A DNA stretch of 64,000 nucleotides from Chrysomallon squamiferum (lineage: Eukaryota; Animalia; Mollusca): contig CM022679.1 in NCBI GenBank assembly GCA_012295275.1, positions 29,078,001 to 29,142,000 on the forward strand. Direction: 5' to 3'. A program made the position numbers and the translations under genes. Of this stretch, positions 1 through 14,395 are shown one piece after another. Below the pieces are notes generated by a model that saw nothing but the letters and a program-made list of their open reading frames with translations, did not search any database and was not told the origin of the DNA. Positions within the stretch are counted from its first letter, which is position 1. Every line of letters begins with the position of its first letter.

Positions 1-123
1 GTAAAAGAAGAAGAAAGAAAGGATGAATGTTCTCAGACTGCAGAGGGTGTTATTAAAATAAAACAAGAAAACTTAGACGATGAATACAAAATTGTTATGA
101 ATGATGGATGGGTCAGTGATTGA
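1..123 (+). CDS. 3' end of the terminal coding exon of an upstream gene (partial; VKEEERKDECSQTAEGVIKIKQENLDDEYKIVMNDGWVSD*)
   Basis: Frame 1 is open from the window edge to TGA at 121-123. The peptide is non-repetitive and acidic, with two psi-K-x-E SUMO-type motifs (VKEE, IKQE) common in nuclear proteins. It is followed by AT-rich 3'UTR-like sequence with AATAAA at 617-622. Confidence 0.6.
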   Translation, partial: VKEEERKDECSQTAEGVIKIKQENLDDEYKIVMNDGWVSD

Positions 124-616
124 AGTCAGAAAAGAAAATTTGTAAAAAAATTGATATAAATTATGAATCATCAATCAAAGTTAACAAAAAAAAAAAAAAA
201 AATTAAATAGTTCTTGGAAATGAATGTGAAAGAAAATCTACTGACTTGTGACAATGAACGTTTTCTTACACCTTTACCTTTAGAAAAACTCGGGGCCGGA
301 ACGATTAATTTTATTTTGTTAAAGTACTGAGAAATTGAATGGATAAATTAACAATGATATGCAATTTCCTGGACCTGTAATATAACAGTGTTGTTTTCTT
401 TTATTTTTTTTTTTTCCTTCTTTGTTTCCTTCTTATTTCTTCTTTTTTTCCCCAGGTGGTTTCAAAACATGAGGGAATATCAAATCTGCAGACATTTAAA
501 ATGACTGAACATGTGAAAAAACCCACAAAAAACCCCACACATTTTCAAAAAATGTTCAATGCTCAGTAAGAATTTCAGCAAATATATCATTATAAAAATT
601 TCAATATTTTGTTATT

Positions 617-622
617 AATAAA
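617..622 (+). other. candidate polyadenylation signal of the upstream gene
   Basis: AATAAA ~500 nt after the TGA at 123, with T/GT-rich sequence downstream; AT-rich background makes this weak. Confidence 0.3.
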
Positions 623-1535
623 ACCAGAGTATCAATTATGATTTTTGTGAATTATATTCATCTGTCTTGTTTTTCAATTTGTTAATGCTAATAATCGGTT
701 AAACTATTAGCGTTATAAGAGGAAATTCAAAGATTTTACAACATAATTAAACTGCATGAGGAACAGATAGATACTGACAGTTCAGATACTATTCTCATCA
801 AAAAAATAGTTCTTTTTCATAATGAAATTGCAGTGAATATTTGTTTACTGATGTGGTTGCATCACATTAATTAACTAATTAAATATTATAAGAATAATAA
901 TAATGTTTGACTGGATTAAATGTAATATTAGTTAAGATAGATATATATATATATATATATCTCGATATTAAATCAATAGCCAGTGTCCACCGTTACAGTT
1001 ACACTTATCGTAGACACTGTGACATTTAGCATGACTAATATTGTTAAATTTCACATTACAGCTGTCGTAATTTTATTACAGGAAATTATTTATCGGACTG
1101 TCACAGTCTTGTACCATAAATTTCAATAGTTTTACGATCAAACGACAGTTTAACGATCGTGCTTATTACATGTTAGACTGAACAAATTAAATCCCGCAAG
1201 GGTGTTAACTAACGATAACTTAATAAAAAATAAGAGTTGTTCCCCTTGAACAATTTCCGATCTATCTTCTTCCTACTGGAATTTAATTTATTTTGTACGT
1301 TTTCCGCTTGTTGATGTGAAAATGGAGGTTGTTCTCTATGCTGTAATTCTAGTGGTAGTAGTACAACTAGCTCTCTGATATCAGATATGATAACATAACT
1401 CGGAAAATCTACTTTCAGTAGCTGTAATCTTTTTTGTTTACTGCAATATTTTTCTTCAAACTGTGTGGTGTGTTTTTATAAAGTTAAAAATAGTAAAACA
1501 TTGTCTGAGCAGGAAAACATGCTGATATTTAATGG

Positions 1536-1583
<48 letters not shown>

Positions 1584-1960
1584 CAGTTGTGGTGGTAGTG
1601 GTAGTAGTAGTTGTATTTCTAGAGATTTCAGTTTAAGTATTATTTAATGGCTGACGTAGCAGCTGAATTGAAGAAACAAACAGCATTATTATCTCTTGTT
1701 TCTAATAATATCTAATATATTATTTCTGTTAAATTTATTTTATAATTGATCTGACTTTTCTCTCACATCTTTTTTCTTCTTCCCTTATTTATTTTTTTAT
1801 ATTTATTTATTTATTTATTTATTTATTTTAATTTATTTATTGTCTGTTTTACGTATTCATATTACAATAAATAATAATTCAAACAATAAAATAACAATAA
1901 CAATAATATAAGTTAAACAATTAATAATATTTGTAAAAAAAAATATATACCTGAAAATAT

Positions 1961-1992
<32 letters not shown>

Positions 1993-2381
1993 GGCAACAA
2001 AAAAAAATAAAAAAAATAACGTACATATATTTAATTAGTGCGCACGATTCAATTTTGATTCGAGTCATTTTGAATTATCGACAACATGGACGCTGTCTCC
2101 TACTTCAGCCAGCCATCTTGAATGGCAGCCACGTCTCTGAAGGAAGGCGCGATGGACTCGTTCTGGTGGGTTTAATTGTATGGGAGTCACGTCTGCGGTC
2201 ATCGTTTGCTTCTAACCTAATAACGCGTCTCGCTGTGCCGTGAAGTCGTTACTCGCTTGCTCCGAGTTCGTTTGCTAATTAGATAGCCGCTACAGGAGTA
2301 ACGCGCATCTCGTAAACTCGGCCGAGAATAAACGAAGCCGGAATCGGAATTTCTGAACGATTAGGAAAATTGAAAATGTGC

Positions 2382-2383
<2 letters not shown>

Positions 2384-2455
<72 letters not shown>

Positions 2456-2622
2456 CAAACACAAATATAAAGTAAATAAAATAAAATAAAATAAATGAAT
2501 GAATGAATGAATGAATGAATGAATGAATGAATGAATGGATGAATGAATGAATGAATAAATGAATGAATGAATGAATAAATAAATAAATGAATGAATGAAT
2601 AAAATAAATAAATAAATAAATA
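2384..2622. repeat. compound microsatellite (AG)n, (TAAA)n, (ATGA)n; representative of dozens of (AG)n, (AC)n, (AAT)n, (TAG)n, (ATTT)n and poly-A/T tracts across the window
   Basis: Directly visible simple repeats. Confidence 0.95.
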
Positions 2623-3091
2623 AAGGAAATAAACGGAGAGAAAGAAAAACACGAAGCACAAAATGAGTGTGAGGGAGAGGGAGAGAAAGAGAGAACGTAC
2701 ATAACAAATTAATATATAAACACATAACACGAATAAACAGTTCACATGTTCGCTTATGCTACAGAGTCGTGTGCAGACTGGCAATACCCAAGCGACTCAT
2801 TTTAACAGGAGATTTTCAGAACTCACTAAAACAGAACTCGCCGCGGATTAATTTGCTCTGATACAGCGAAATGCCTAAACGTGCTGAACGGCGATCTCCG
2901 AACGTGACGTGCACGAAATGGAAGTGTGTAGAAAATTAATGACAAGCCGAACACTTTACACATTCTCGTGTTACTTGACAGATTAAAATTTGCGATCACA
3001 TCCACAAATACACGCAGATATGGGCAGACACAACCTTTCTGTGTAGATTTATATTCATTCAACCCTCCTTTATTCTACCTATTTGAAGTTT

Positions 3092-3148
<57 letters not shown>

Positions 3149-4057
3149 ATATTGTATATTGTATTATATTGTATTGTATTATATTGTATTATATTATATT
3201 ATATTATATTATATTATATTATCACATTACTTAGGATAATATATCAAACAAAACAGTGGGATAGTAGCCTTGCCTTAGAGACAATATCCGAAATAAAATC
3301 TAGGACAACGTATCTGGTTTGTGAGCGTTCGCCCTCTCTACAGCTTAGCACGGGATTTGCGATAAAGTGAGAAAACAAGACGGATCTAGCTTCTTGCCGA
3401 GACCGTTCGATTAGCCTCGAGTCCGCCGATAGTGAGCGAGGAAATTTGATAGGCTATTTCACGCGCCAGCAAACACATAAAGCGGCCATTTGCAGAGTGT
3501 TATAGATGGGCTACGGAAAAGCGTAAACAGCGCGAAGGAAACCATGGCATCTGCTAACCATCGAGGTGAAACTTACACCGCACAGATCGCGAGCTGTTTA
3601 AAAAATCACGTCTACAATTTCGTGATCGTTTCTGTCGCGGGGTTTGACAGGCCTGTCATGTACGGCCACAACTGTTATGTTGGTTTTAAGAAAAAAAAAA
3701 TTCTTTTATAACGTGAAATAAATGGGGTTAAGGTTTTCTGGCCTTCTTAGACAACGTCTGTTATTATTTATTTTATTTTTATTTTTTTTTTTTTTTTTTT
3801 TTTTGGTTGGTTTTTTAATGATTAATATTTAAATATTTTTTTATTATTAAATTGCGTTCATTGTTGTGTGTGTATGTGTGTGTGTGTGTGTGGGTGGATG
3901 TATTCTTTCGCGTAATACTCTTATCTTTTTCTCTTTGCTATGACATAGATAGTGTAATGTTTAAAAGCGTCTTCACTTTTAAGACAAACATGGGATAAAT
4001 CTATAAGTAACTAGATTAATGTCTCCAGGAAAATATATTTATTTTGTTGTTGTTTGT

Positions 4058-4137
<80 letters not shown>

Positions 4138-4470
4138 TTCTGTTTAACTTCTATAGTAGTACAAATATATACTGACAAAAACAAAATGATTTATAGTACT
4201 ACTGCCTCGGTTACAGCAACAACAACGACTACAACTGCTACTAGAAGGACAATAACGAGAACAACTACCGCTGTTACAACTTACTACTGATGCTCCTGTT
4301 TACAACAGCCACTACTACAATAACAACAAATTCCACTACTATTACTGCTGATAACTGTTTTGATTGTTATACCTTATAATAGTGATAAAATTAATAATTA
4401 GATAAGAAACACAGGCGCCAAAAAAAAAAAAAAAAATAATAATAATGGATAAATAAACAAGTTACACACA

Positions 4471-4517
<47 letters not shown>

Positions 4518-4781
4518 AACATTCAGATTTATTACTAAAAATGACGACGTGGTACGCTGACGTAAAGTCTATAATTTTCCTAAATCCGTCTGAAATTCAG
4601 AAGGTATCTTTTTACATTTTCACGTTGAATTCCACGGCGGTTTGGCTGTACAAAAGCCACACGTGGAACCTATTTTCATACTGGATAATTACTTTATCGC
4701 CACTACAAAAGACCACCGCAAAGTCTTTACCCATGCTTTATCGACAGCGCATACATTTCAAGGTAGGTATGTCACACGTGC

Positions 4782-4812
<31 letters not shown>

Positions 4813-5195
4813 TTGTGCGAGACCTTCATTCGACTAAGGGGAGTGTTGAACGATGTTGCGTGGCGGGAGACCTTCGCGAGCAGACGACAGCTGGTGTGTT
4901 TTGTCGCGCTATCGGGCTTTCGTGGCGTTCCGTCGGTGCACCAACCTCAGACGTGCTGTATCCCCGCTGATTGTCCGTGGCCCATGATGACGATGTATTG
5001 GACGAGTATTGATCGTCGGGAAGGGAAAATAGCGCGGCTTGCAAAGAAAGCACGTCAAGGAAATTGATAGCCCGCCGTTGTACGTGTGAGCACCTTTGGT
5101 CCTGCTATCAATATGCAGACACCCAGGGCGAGAAAAAATATAATAACATGAAGCTTAAAACACATCCGTTTCACCAATATCGTTTTTGGTTTCCT

Positions 5196-5230
<35 letters not shown>

Positions 5231-5620
5231 CTCTTCTGTTCCTAGCCCTAAAGCACGGGTTGTACAAAAGAACTGAAGTATTGCGATCACACAAAAAAAA
5301 AAAAAAAAAAAAAAAAAAAATAAAGAAATCTTTTATATCTCTTCCATTCTGTTTGTGTGTCTGTTCGTTAATAACGTATTCAGCATGTCTAAAAATGTAC
5401 AACCCCATTGTGTACAGGTGTCGCCTGGGTGGTACCCGGGTTTGTAGAGCAATAGAAAATTATTTCCTTATTTTGAAAACGGGCTGCTTGCTTGCGTGGA
5501 CTGTTGTTTGCTCTGTGACACGGCGGTTTGTAGATCGTCTGAATAAAAGTAATTTAAATTAAACCAGTGTACGTTTTCTCGTGTGCTGTATTTTGGATTT
5601 GTAATTTCCTTAGTATACCT

Positions 5621-5828
5621 TAAATTATAATCTTACTAGTTTTACATTATAACTTACTAGTTTTAAATTATAACTTTACTAGTTTTAAATTATAACCTAC
5701 TAGTTTTAAATTATAAACTTACTAGTTTTACATTATAACTTAGTAGTTTTACATTATAACCTTACTAGTTTTAAATTATAACTTTACTAGTTTTAAATTA
5801 TAACCTTACTAGTTTTAAATTATAAACT
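5621..5828. repeat. 21-22 bp AT-rich minisatellite, ~10 copies (TTTTAAATTATAACYTTACTAG)
   Basis: Tandem units with recurring ATTATAA and ACTAGT cores. Confidence 0.9.
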
Positions 5829-6181
5829 GAATAAACATAATTAAGCACGCTTACACAAGCACGTTTGGAGTTAGGTCAGAACGACTCCCGCACAATAAAA
5901 CAAAGAACAAAAACAACCCCCCCAGACTCCCCCACAAAACAGAACATACATATATATCCGCTCAAGGAAACAACAACAACACACACAGGCAGACATACAC
6001 ACGTACAAATACAATAACATTAACAGACCCATTATTTTTAAATTAACCTTACTTTCTTTTCTTTTTTCTTTCTTTCTTTCTTTTTAATAAAACAAATTTT
6101 GATTTATTTTATATTTCTTCAGAATCTATGCAAAGTGATTAACTAGTAAATAATAATAATAATAATAATAATAACAATAAC

Positions 6182-6225
<44 letters not shown>

Positions 6226-7162
6226 TAACAATAACAATAATAATAATAATAATAATAAGAAGAAGAAGAAGTAGAAGAAGAAGAAGAAGAAGAAGAAGAA
6301 GAAAAAGAAGAAGAAGAAGAGGAAAACTATACAATTTTTTGTTTTGTAGTTTCTAATAAGGTAAACATTTTTGTTAATAAGAAACGCTAATGAAATTAGT
6401 TTCATGAAACGTCTGGGACGCCTACACCCATTACTGTCCCAGGGACCGCGGATATCGTCTGCCCGCCCTGACGTCTGCTGGAAACGAGGCAGCAGGCGGT
6501 AAAATTCTTCAATTACCGGGCGCACAATTGCGTTATCTCCTCCGACCAGTAATTACATTTGCACGCTTCTTACAGTCTTAAATTTTTCATGCCCGTTTTA
6601 ATTTTAGAAACGAACTCGCGCATCTCTCCCAGGACTCCGCCGCAGCCTCGTGGCCTCCGTCGATAAGAACTAATTCTGTTTTCGAAAATTCCTCCTTTTT
6701 TTCGCGTGTCACCGTCTCATCTGCTTGTGGGAATTTGCATTAAATCCAAATCCTCTGGACTCGGAGAATCGATCTAAAGACTCTGACGGCGACTTCTGCA
6801 GCACTCGTCTTCCGAGCTTTTTCTTCGCTTAATGACTACTCAACTCCCTCGTGCCAGCTGAACCAATTAACATTATCGCTGCTAACTGCCCCTTGAACTG
6901 GCAAGCCCCGGCTCTTCTAAAAGCCCCTGCTTCCGATTCAGCTGGGCGTGAAAATGGCGTCAATCGAGATAATGACGTCACGCCGTAGCCAGAGGGTGGG
7001 TGGGTGGTGGTGGTGGTGGTGGGGGGGCTGATCTTGGGTTGCGGCCAAAATCTGTTTGAACAGGCAACGGGAATTATAAGTACCTGTGGTCTAGTTTCCT
7101 TTCTTCTTCTTTTCTGTTCTTTTTTGTTTTTTTTTTTTTTTTTTTTTTCTTATTTATTTATT

Positions 7163-7197
<35 letters not shown>

Positions 7198-7360
7198 TTG
7201 GGAAGAAATCTTGAAAGAGAAGCTTAAACAAAAAAAAAAAAAAAGAAAGAAAGAAAAAGAAAAAGCTATAAAGAAAATTAATAATAATAATAATAAGATA
7301 ATAAATAAATAAATAAATAAATAATTAAAAACATAAAATAATAATACAGGTGTTGGGAAA

Positions 7361-7451
<91 letters not shown>

Positions 7452-8126
7452 ATTATAGCATTTTCTGTAGAATAGTTTTTCAGAATACAGAGACAATTTC
7501 TTGTTTTATATTTCCTTCTAGTCTTTGTATTTATATATTAACTGAAGTAAGTCAGCTTACACAAATACACATCCCCGATAATCATTATCATCTTACTTTT
7601 CATCATCATCATCATCATCATTTCTTTTTTTCGTGTAATTTATTATTATATTTTTTTTACAACCGTCTTTCCTAATCATCATCATCGTCAACAGCAGCAA
7701 CATGGGCCAACATCTTCATTTATACCATTCTATTCCGTGACGTTACCGAAAATCGACTTAAGCTCTTTTCGTCTTTTTTTTTTTCATTTTGTATCGAACA
7801 ATAATTAGACTGTGCGAAGGTCACGTGAGAAGCCAGGCGGCGCTAGATCACGAACGAAACCTAATTCCCAACACGAGAGCGGCGGTGAAACGGTCTTTGA
7901 CAAGCGATTGACCTCTGACCTTTTCGAAAATTGCGAACCCGCCCTCTGACCCAGTAACGGGCGCGATCCAAACCGCGCGCAGCTCGCTCGATAGATTTCA
8001 CAGCCTCGCAACTTGTACCAGTCTACTCTCCATTTCAAACACAATCCACAGCTTTTATCCAGTGCTTCGTATTGCTCAGAAATACTAGAGTCACTTGGGG
8101 GAAAAAAAAAAAAAAAAAAACTCAAC

Positions 8127-8163
<37 letters not shown>

Positions 8164-8331
8164 ACGTTAAAAGTGCTTGGCATTTGAGGAGAATGTAAAT
8201 ATATTTGACAAGGAAATTTTAACACACACACACACACAGACACACACACACATACACACACACATATATATATTTTAAAAATGAAACTGTTTTCCCCTTT
8301 GTAAGGTATTATTATTATTATGATGATGATG

Positions 8332-8373
<42 letters not shown>

Positions 8374-8496
8374 TTATGGAATGTAATATCGCGAGATGAA
8401 TTTGTTCAATTATTATTTTCAGCCTAATATTCATCATCATCATCATCATCATCATCTTCTTCTTCTTGTGTTATACATTTTAAAAATGTAATGTTA

Positions 8497-8543
<47 letters not shown>

Positions 8544-8727
8544 TTAAATGACATAATGTGCTCACTAGTTAGAATATGTGCCTGGGAATCGGTGAGTAGC
8601 GGGATCGATGCTTCATAGAACATCCTCAGCAACGAAGCTATGTGAGTTTTCTTAAGTATGTGATGCAACATAACTTACTCTGCATTGCTAGTGATGTATT
8701 TCCTCTAATGTATATTATTTAATGAAA

Positions 8728-8772
<45 letters not shown>

Positions 8773-8782
8773 AAACACACAT

Positions 8783-8816
<34 letters not shown>

Positions 8817-9130
8817 CTACCTACCCATATACATACATATATACAAACACGCACATTCACGCATAAAAACATATACGCATATACATTCACCAAAGATGTA
8901 TGCGCCTGCGCGCGCGCGCGCACACACACACACACACACCCACACACCCACACACACTCACACAAACGTATATACATACATATACAAATACACACAGTCG
9001 TTCAAATATGACGTACACATATATTCAAGAACGATAACTGTCACCTGAGTATACGCCTATCTACGTAATACGTTCTAGATACAATCAAACACGTACAAGC
9101 CAAAACACACAATTATTAGATAGCATGCAG

Positions 9131-9181
<51 letters not shown>

Positions 9182-10178
9182 CATGCACAAACACAGAAAC
9201 ACAAAACATGCACACATAAACAGTAGTACAAACACACATACACTAACCCATTTAAACAGCTACATACACATGTACACATATATACACATACGCATGTACA
9301 CACATACACATGTACTCATGCGGTCTAACTAAACACGTACACATTGACAGAGAAACACACGTATATTACACACACGACTCTGTACACATACATTTAAAGA
9401 CTTAAAACATTATTATAAACTTGTGCGTTGAAATTTAATTAAAAAATCCAAGAAATAAATCAAATGACCTTTCAGAGAAAAAAAAAACAACAAAAAAAAA
9501 CAACAACAAAAAAAAACAAAAACAAAAACAAAAACAACAAAAAAAAAAAAAAAAAAAAAACGCCCTAAACACCAACAAACCAACAATACTTTTTGAATCT
9601 CACCAGAAGATCTTTCTACAAATAAAAAAAAAAAAAAAAAAAAAAAAAAATGGACGAGCTGTTTGAGGCGGTTTGTACGTGGCGGAACATGAACCCGGAT
9701 TTAGGAAATTCCAATCCCAGAGCACGTTCTGACGGATTAATCAAATTCGCCCGTACGAAGCGATGTGATATTATTTGCATTCCCAGCCTATTGTGCTGAG
9801 AGGAGATGGTCATAGGAGGACCCCCAGCGCTCACACGAGCAGAAAACTCAATTTATCCGCGCATCAGGCGATATTGTGGACCTTGCTAGCCGTGATGCTA
9901 TCCGCGAGATTGGAAAAGCTAGCGAACAGATCGAATTCTGCGTTAGCGGTGTCGAGGCAGAAATCTCGCCCACAAAAGAATTCGCCCGCACTTCGGAGAC
10001 AGAGCAGCGCGCATGCCCGTGGGCATTCATAACGAGCTGCCAGTGCCGAGCGCCGGCTCGTGCAATTCAAAACGAGGTTTAATTGTCTTACTGTAAAAAC
10101 GGCACCCATTTGAACGCGGCTGGTAAAACAGGTCGAATGGATCCTAACGTTGGTGATTAGATTCTGGCCCAAAGAGAC

Positions 10179-10240
<62 letters not shown>

Positions 10241-10445
10241 CCGCTCTCATACTGCCTTATTAATTTAGATTAAGCTATCGGTTTACGTCGAACGGTCTGG
10301 GGAGAAATAGGATTTTTGTCGATAATTCTTTTTTCTCGGTCGTTTTTCGCGGTTGATAGAAAGTACAGTTCTGGTTTGTAAGTAGGGTTCTTCTGGTAAC
10401 GACCGCCTTCAGGCCTCCGATAAAAATTGTTAAAATTATTTGCAT

Positions 10446-10720
10446 ATTAATCCGAATAAATACGTATTGCAGATAACTGAGTTCTGCCCCTCTGGCTTTT
10501 ATTCACATCGCTAATTCTCCAGAAAAAAAAAAACCCAGAAAAGAAAAGAAATTTGTGAATTGATTTAATGAACCGCTTCATAGGTAAAAAATTCTGAAAA
10601 CAAAATCTGTGGCAAAAAAAAAAAAAAAAAAAAAGAAATCTTAAATCTATAAAAACTGTGTTAATATATATATATATTTTTTTCTTCAAAATTTAAAACG
10701 GTCTGATATATATATATAGA
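10446..10720 (+). repeat. copy 1 of a diverged local duplication (copy 2 at ~11169-11380)
   Basis: Collinear shared blocks TTAATCC, TACGTATTGCA, TTCTGCCCC.CTGGC, ATCGCTAATT, AAGAAAAGAAATT, CGCTTCA, ATTCTGAAA, CAAAATTTA. Confidence 0.85.
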
Positions 10721-10971
10721 AATGAGAAACAGAGTAATTATAGTAGTAGTAATAGTAGTAGTAGTAATAGTAGTGGTGGTGGTGGAGGTTGTGTTGTTGG
10801 TATTAGTAGCAGTAGAGTAGTAGTAGCAGTCGTAGGAATAGTAGTAGTAGTGGTAGTAGTAGTAGTAGTGGTGGTGGTGGTGGTGGTGGTTGTGCTGGTG
10901 GTACTGGTAGCAGCAATAGTAGAGTAGTACTAGCAGTCGTAGGAATAGTAGTAGTAGTAGTAGTAGTAGTG

Positions 10972-11032
<61 letters not shown>

Positions 11033-11168
11033 TAGTAGTAGTAGTAGTAGTAATGGTGGTGTTATAAAATAGTGTGACAGTAATGGCAATCTATTTATAG
11101 CAGTAGTAGTGTAAGGTGTAGCTGTAGTAGCTGCGATGGAACAGAAGCAGCAGTACCAGCTGTATTAA

Positions 11169-11380
11169 ATTAATCCTAATAATTACGTATTGCAAATAAA
11201 AAATTCTGCCCCGCTGGCGTTGTTCAAATCGCTAATTTTCGAGACAAAAAAAGAAAAGAAATTCTGAACTGATTCAACGAATCGCTTCACGGGCTATAGA
11301 TTCTGAAACCAATGGCTGTGAAGGGGAAAAAAATTGCAAAATTTATTTTTCAAAATTTAGACCTGCATAATATCTAGAAA
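11169..11380 (+). repeat. copy 2 of a diverged local duplication (copy 1 at ~10446-10720)
   Basis: Same collinear blocks as copy 1. Confidence 0.85.
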
Positions 11381-11430
11381 TATGTAGTAAATGTATGGTA
11401 TTTATAATATTTTAAGTGTTGATGATGATG

Positions 11431-11474
<44 letters not shown>

Positions 11475-11481
11475 CAACATA

Positions 11482-11513
<32 letters not shown>

Positions 11514-11544
11514 TAACAATAATAATAATTAATAAAAGAGTAGT

Positions 11545-11982
11545 AATAAAAGTAGTAGAAGTAGTAATAGCAGTAGTACTAGTTCTAATAATAGAGGTAG
11601 TGGTAAAAGTAGCAGTAGTAGTAGTAACAGCAGTAGTACTAGTTCTAATAATAGTAGTAGTGGTAAAAGTAGCAGTAGTAGTAGTAACAGCAGTAGTAGT
11701 AGTAGTTCTAATAATAGTAGTAGTGGTAAAAGTAGCAGTAGTAGTAGTAACAGCAGTAGTACTAGTTCTAATAATAGTAGTAGTGGTTAAAGTAGCAGTA
11801 GTAGTAGTTGTAATAACAGTTGTTGTTATAATAGAGAAAGGAATGTTGTTAGTAACAGTAGCAACAGCAGCAGCAGCAGCAGCACTAGTAGTAGCAGTAG
11901 CAGTAGCAGTAGTAGTAGTAGTAGCAGTAGTAGTAGTAGTAGCAATAGCAGTAGTAGCAGTAGTAGTAGTAGTAGTAGTAGC

Positions 11983-12017
<35 letters not shown>

Positions 12018-12065
12018 CAGTAGTAGCAGTAGCAGTAGTAGTAGTAGCAGCAGCAGCAGCAGCAA
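11545..12065. repeat. ~60 bp minisatellite (4 copies) built from GTA/GCA triplets, grading into a (GTA/GCA)n microsatellite
   Basis: Recurring GTTCTAATAATAG...GTGGTAAAAGTAGCAGTAG unit. Confidence 0.85.
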
Positions 12066-12257
12066 TGATATAAATGGTAATAATAGTAACAGTTTATATA
12101 ATGGAAGTAGTATATAAGTAATAGTTGTGGTAATAATGATAGTGGCGGTAATACTAGACCAGTTGTGATGTTAGTGATCGTAGGAGAAGATAACCACTAG
12201 TTATTTTATTAGTGATACTAGTAATACACCATCTGTGTGTGACTGTTTCATTTAATA

Positions 12258-12331
<74 letters not shown>

Positions 12332-12629
12332 ATGCATACACTCTCAAGTTTTTTGTGTTGTTTTTTTATTTTTTTCTTACAACGTTTTATAATTTACAAC
12401 CAGTCCCCACTACTGACCAACCAGTGCAGATCATGACTGCAATACAAAAGCTCTCTTCTCTTCTCTCTTTTTTTTTTTTTTTTATCCAGTCTTGATCTGT
12501 GTTGTAAATCCCGCCACCTAGGTGCACGCGGTACAGAGAGCTGGGTACCGCACACTCGTAAATTGGCCGGGATTATTAGCTCGGCCCGGCAACGCGGTTA
12601 TTCGTTTCAGAAAAACGTGCACTGACAAA

Positions 12630-12665
<36 letters not shown>

Positions 12666-13439
12666 CACACACAATCTCTCTTTCTGCGCCTGTGTTCGCG
12701 GCGGTGTTGCCCACTTCTGTTAATCGTTAACGAGCCAAGAACAAACGGGGGGGGGGAACCCGGCACCGACCGAACGAGCGACTCTTGTCGGCTGTAATTC
12801 TCACAGCGCACCGAGAAACGCAGCGCACCGCAGTAAAAAGATTAAAAAAAAAAAAAAAAAAAATGCCGTAATCTCCGCAAAGAACGCTCTCTCGCGGCTG
12901 ATCTTCGGCACGTCCCGTGGAAGCGTTCGATGCAGAATTTGTGGAACCGGACAGAGTCAACACGAGGACGGAACGTCTCGCGCGCTAGGCATGTCCGACA
13001 AACAAAGCCGGCGTGCACACGCGCCGCTCGAATGAGTCAGTAAGCCAGTTCCGCGTGGCTTAGTGTTATCGCTGTTGATGGCGCGTGCGTTAGCGGAACA
13101 CTCGCCATATTTAGCGGGGCGCATGCGTGTTGCGAAGCCAGATAACGGTCCGCGAGCGAAACTCGTTCGTTTTTTGTATGGAAATGTGGCGTTTATAATT
13201 GGAATTTGCTGGAGAAGGTGACAGAGTGTGATTTCAAAGAAAACCAGTCATTTAAAAAAAAAAAAAAAAAAAAAAATGTGTTTTATTATTATTATTTTTT
13301 TTTTAAATAAAGAAATTTTAAATGAAACTTTCTCTGGTGCACACGGAAGTGTAAACTGTGCTTACATAAAATATGGTTTTAATAATAAGATGCGGAACAT
13401 TTCTGTTATTATCATCATTATCAACATTATTATAACAGC

Positions 13440-13525
<86 letters not shown>

Positions 13526-14253
13526 ACAAACACATAATTACACATCTTTCTCTTTACATACATACATTCATATTTATATAAATCTATCCAAACACACACA
13601 AAACCGACATCCGTCCGGAAGGACAAACGTACGGCAGAAAAAGAGTAACACGAGTGAAGAAGAAAACTGTTATAATCTGCAATAATTCAGAATTACTGCG
13701 ACAGACAGATCCGCAGGTCAAACGGTCAAGAGATCGTAATCCACTGTAAAAATTTCCCGTCCTGAAAACAGTTATTAAAGCCACGGAAGGGCGATGTACA
13801 TTTAATAGCCAGGCTCAAAGATAAACAAAAATCCAAAGCGGCGATTTATTTCAGATAATCTGTTTATTATATCTGCTGGTGAATTCGCGCTATCGCGTCC
13901 TCCAATAAGCGGAGCGCGGTTCCAGAATAGGTTAGTATTTCCGGTGTTATTAACAAACGATAACAACGGCAAAGAGTTCTGCTGCAAAACACTGTGAAAG
14001 AACCGGGGTTTGCTGGTGATGTTACCATGGTAATACGCATTTGCAGCTCGACGGTAATTGGTTCGTGCCTCATTTGCGGAAGGTTATTTGAAAATAATTT
14101 AGCAGCAGAAATACAATGAAAGAACAATGAAAATAAATACTGTAGGAACATTTTTGAATACAGAGATGGGTCAAACAGTTTCAGAAACGAATTTAAAGTT
14201 TAAGGGAATAATCAAGTTAATCTATAGTTAAAATTTATTTTATTTTATTTTAT

Positions 14254-14296
14254 TTTATTTTATTTGTCTATGAATCTCTTTCTCCATCAGGCTCAG

Positions 14297-14310
<14 letters not shown>
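14254..14310 (+). repeat. dispersed ~55 bp repeat flanking (CT)n; identical copy at 29856-29912
   Basis: TTTATTTTATTTGTCTATGAATCTCTTTCTCCATCAGGCTCAGTTTCATTCTCTCTC is present at both sites. Confidence 0.9.
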
Positions 14311-14395
<85 letters not shown>

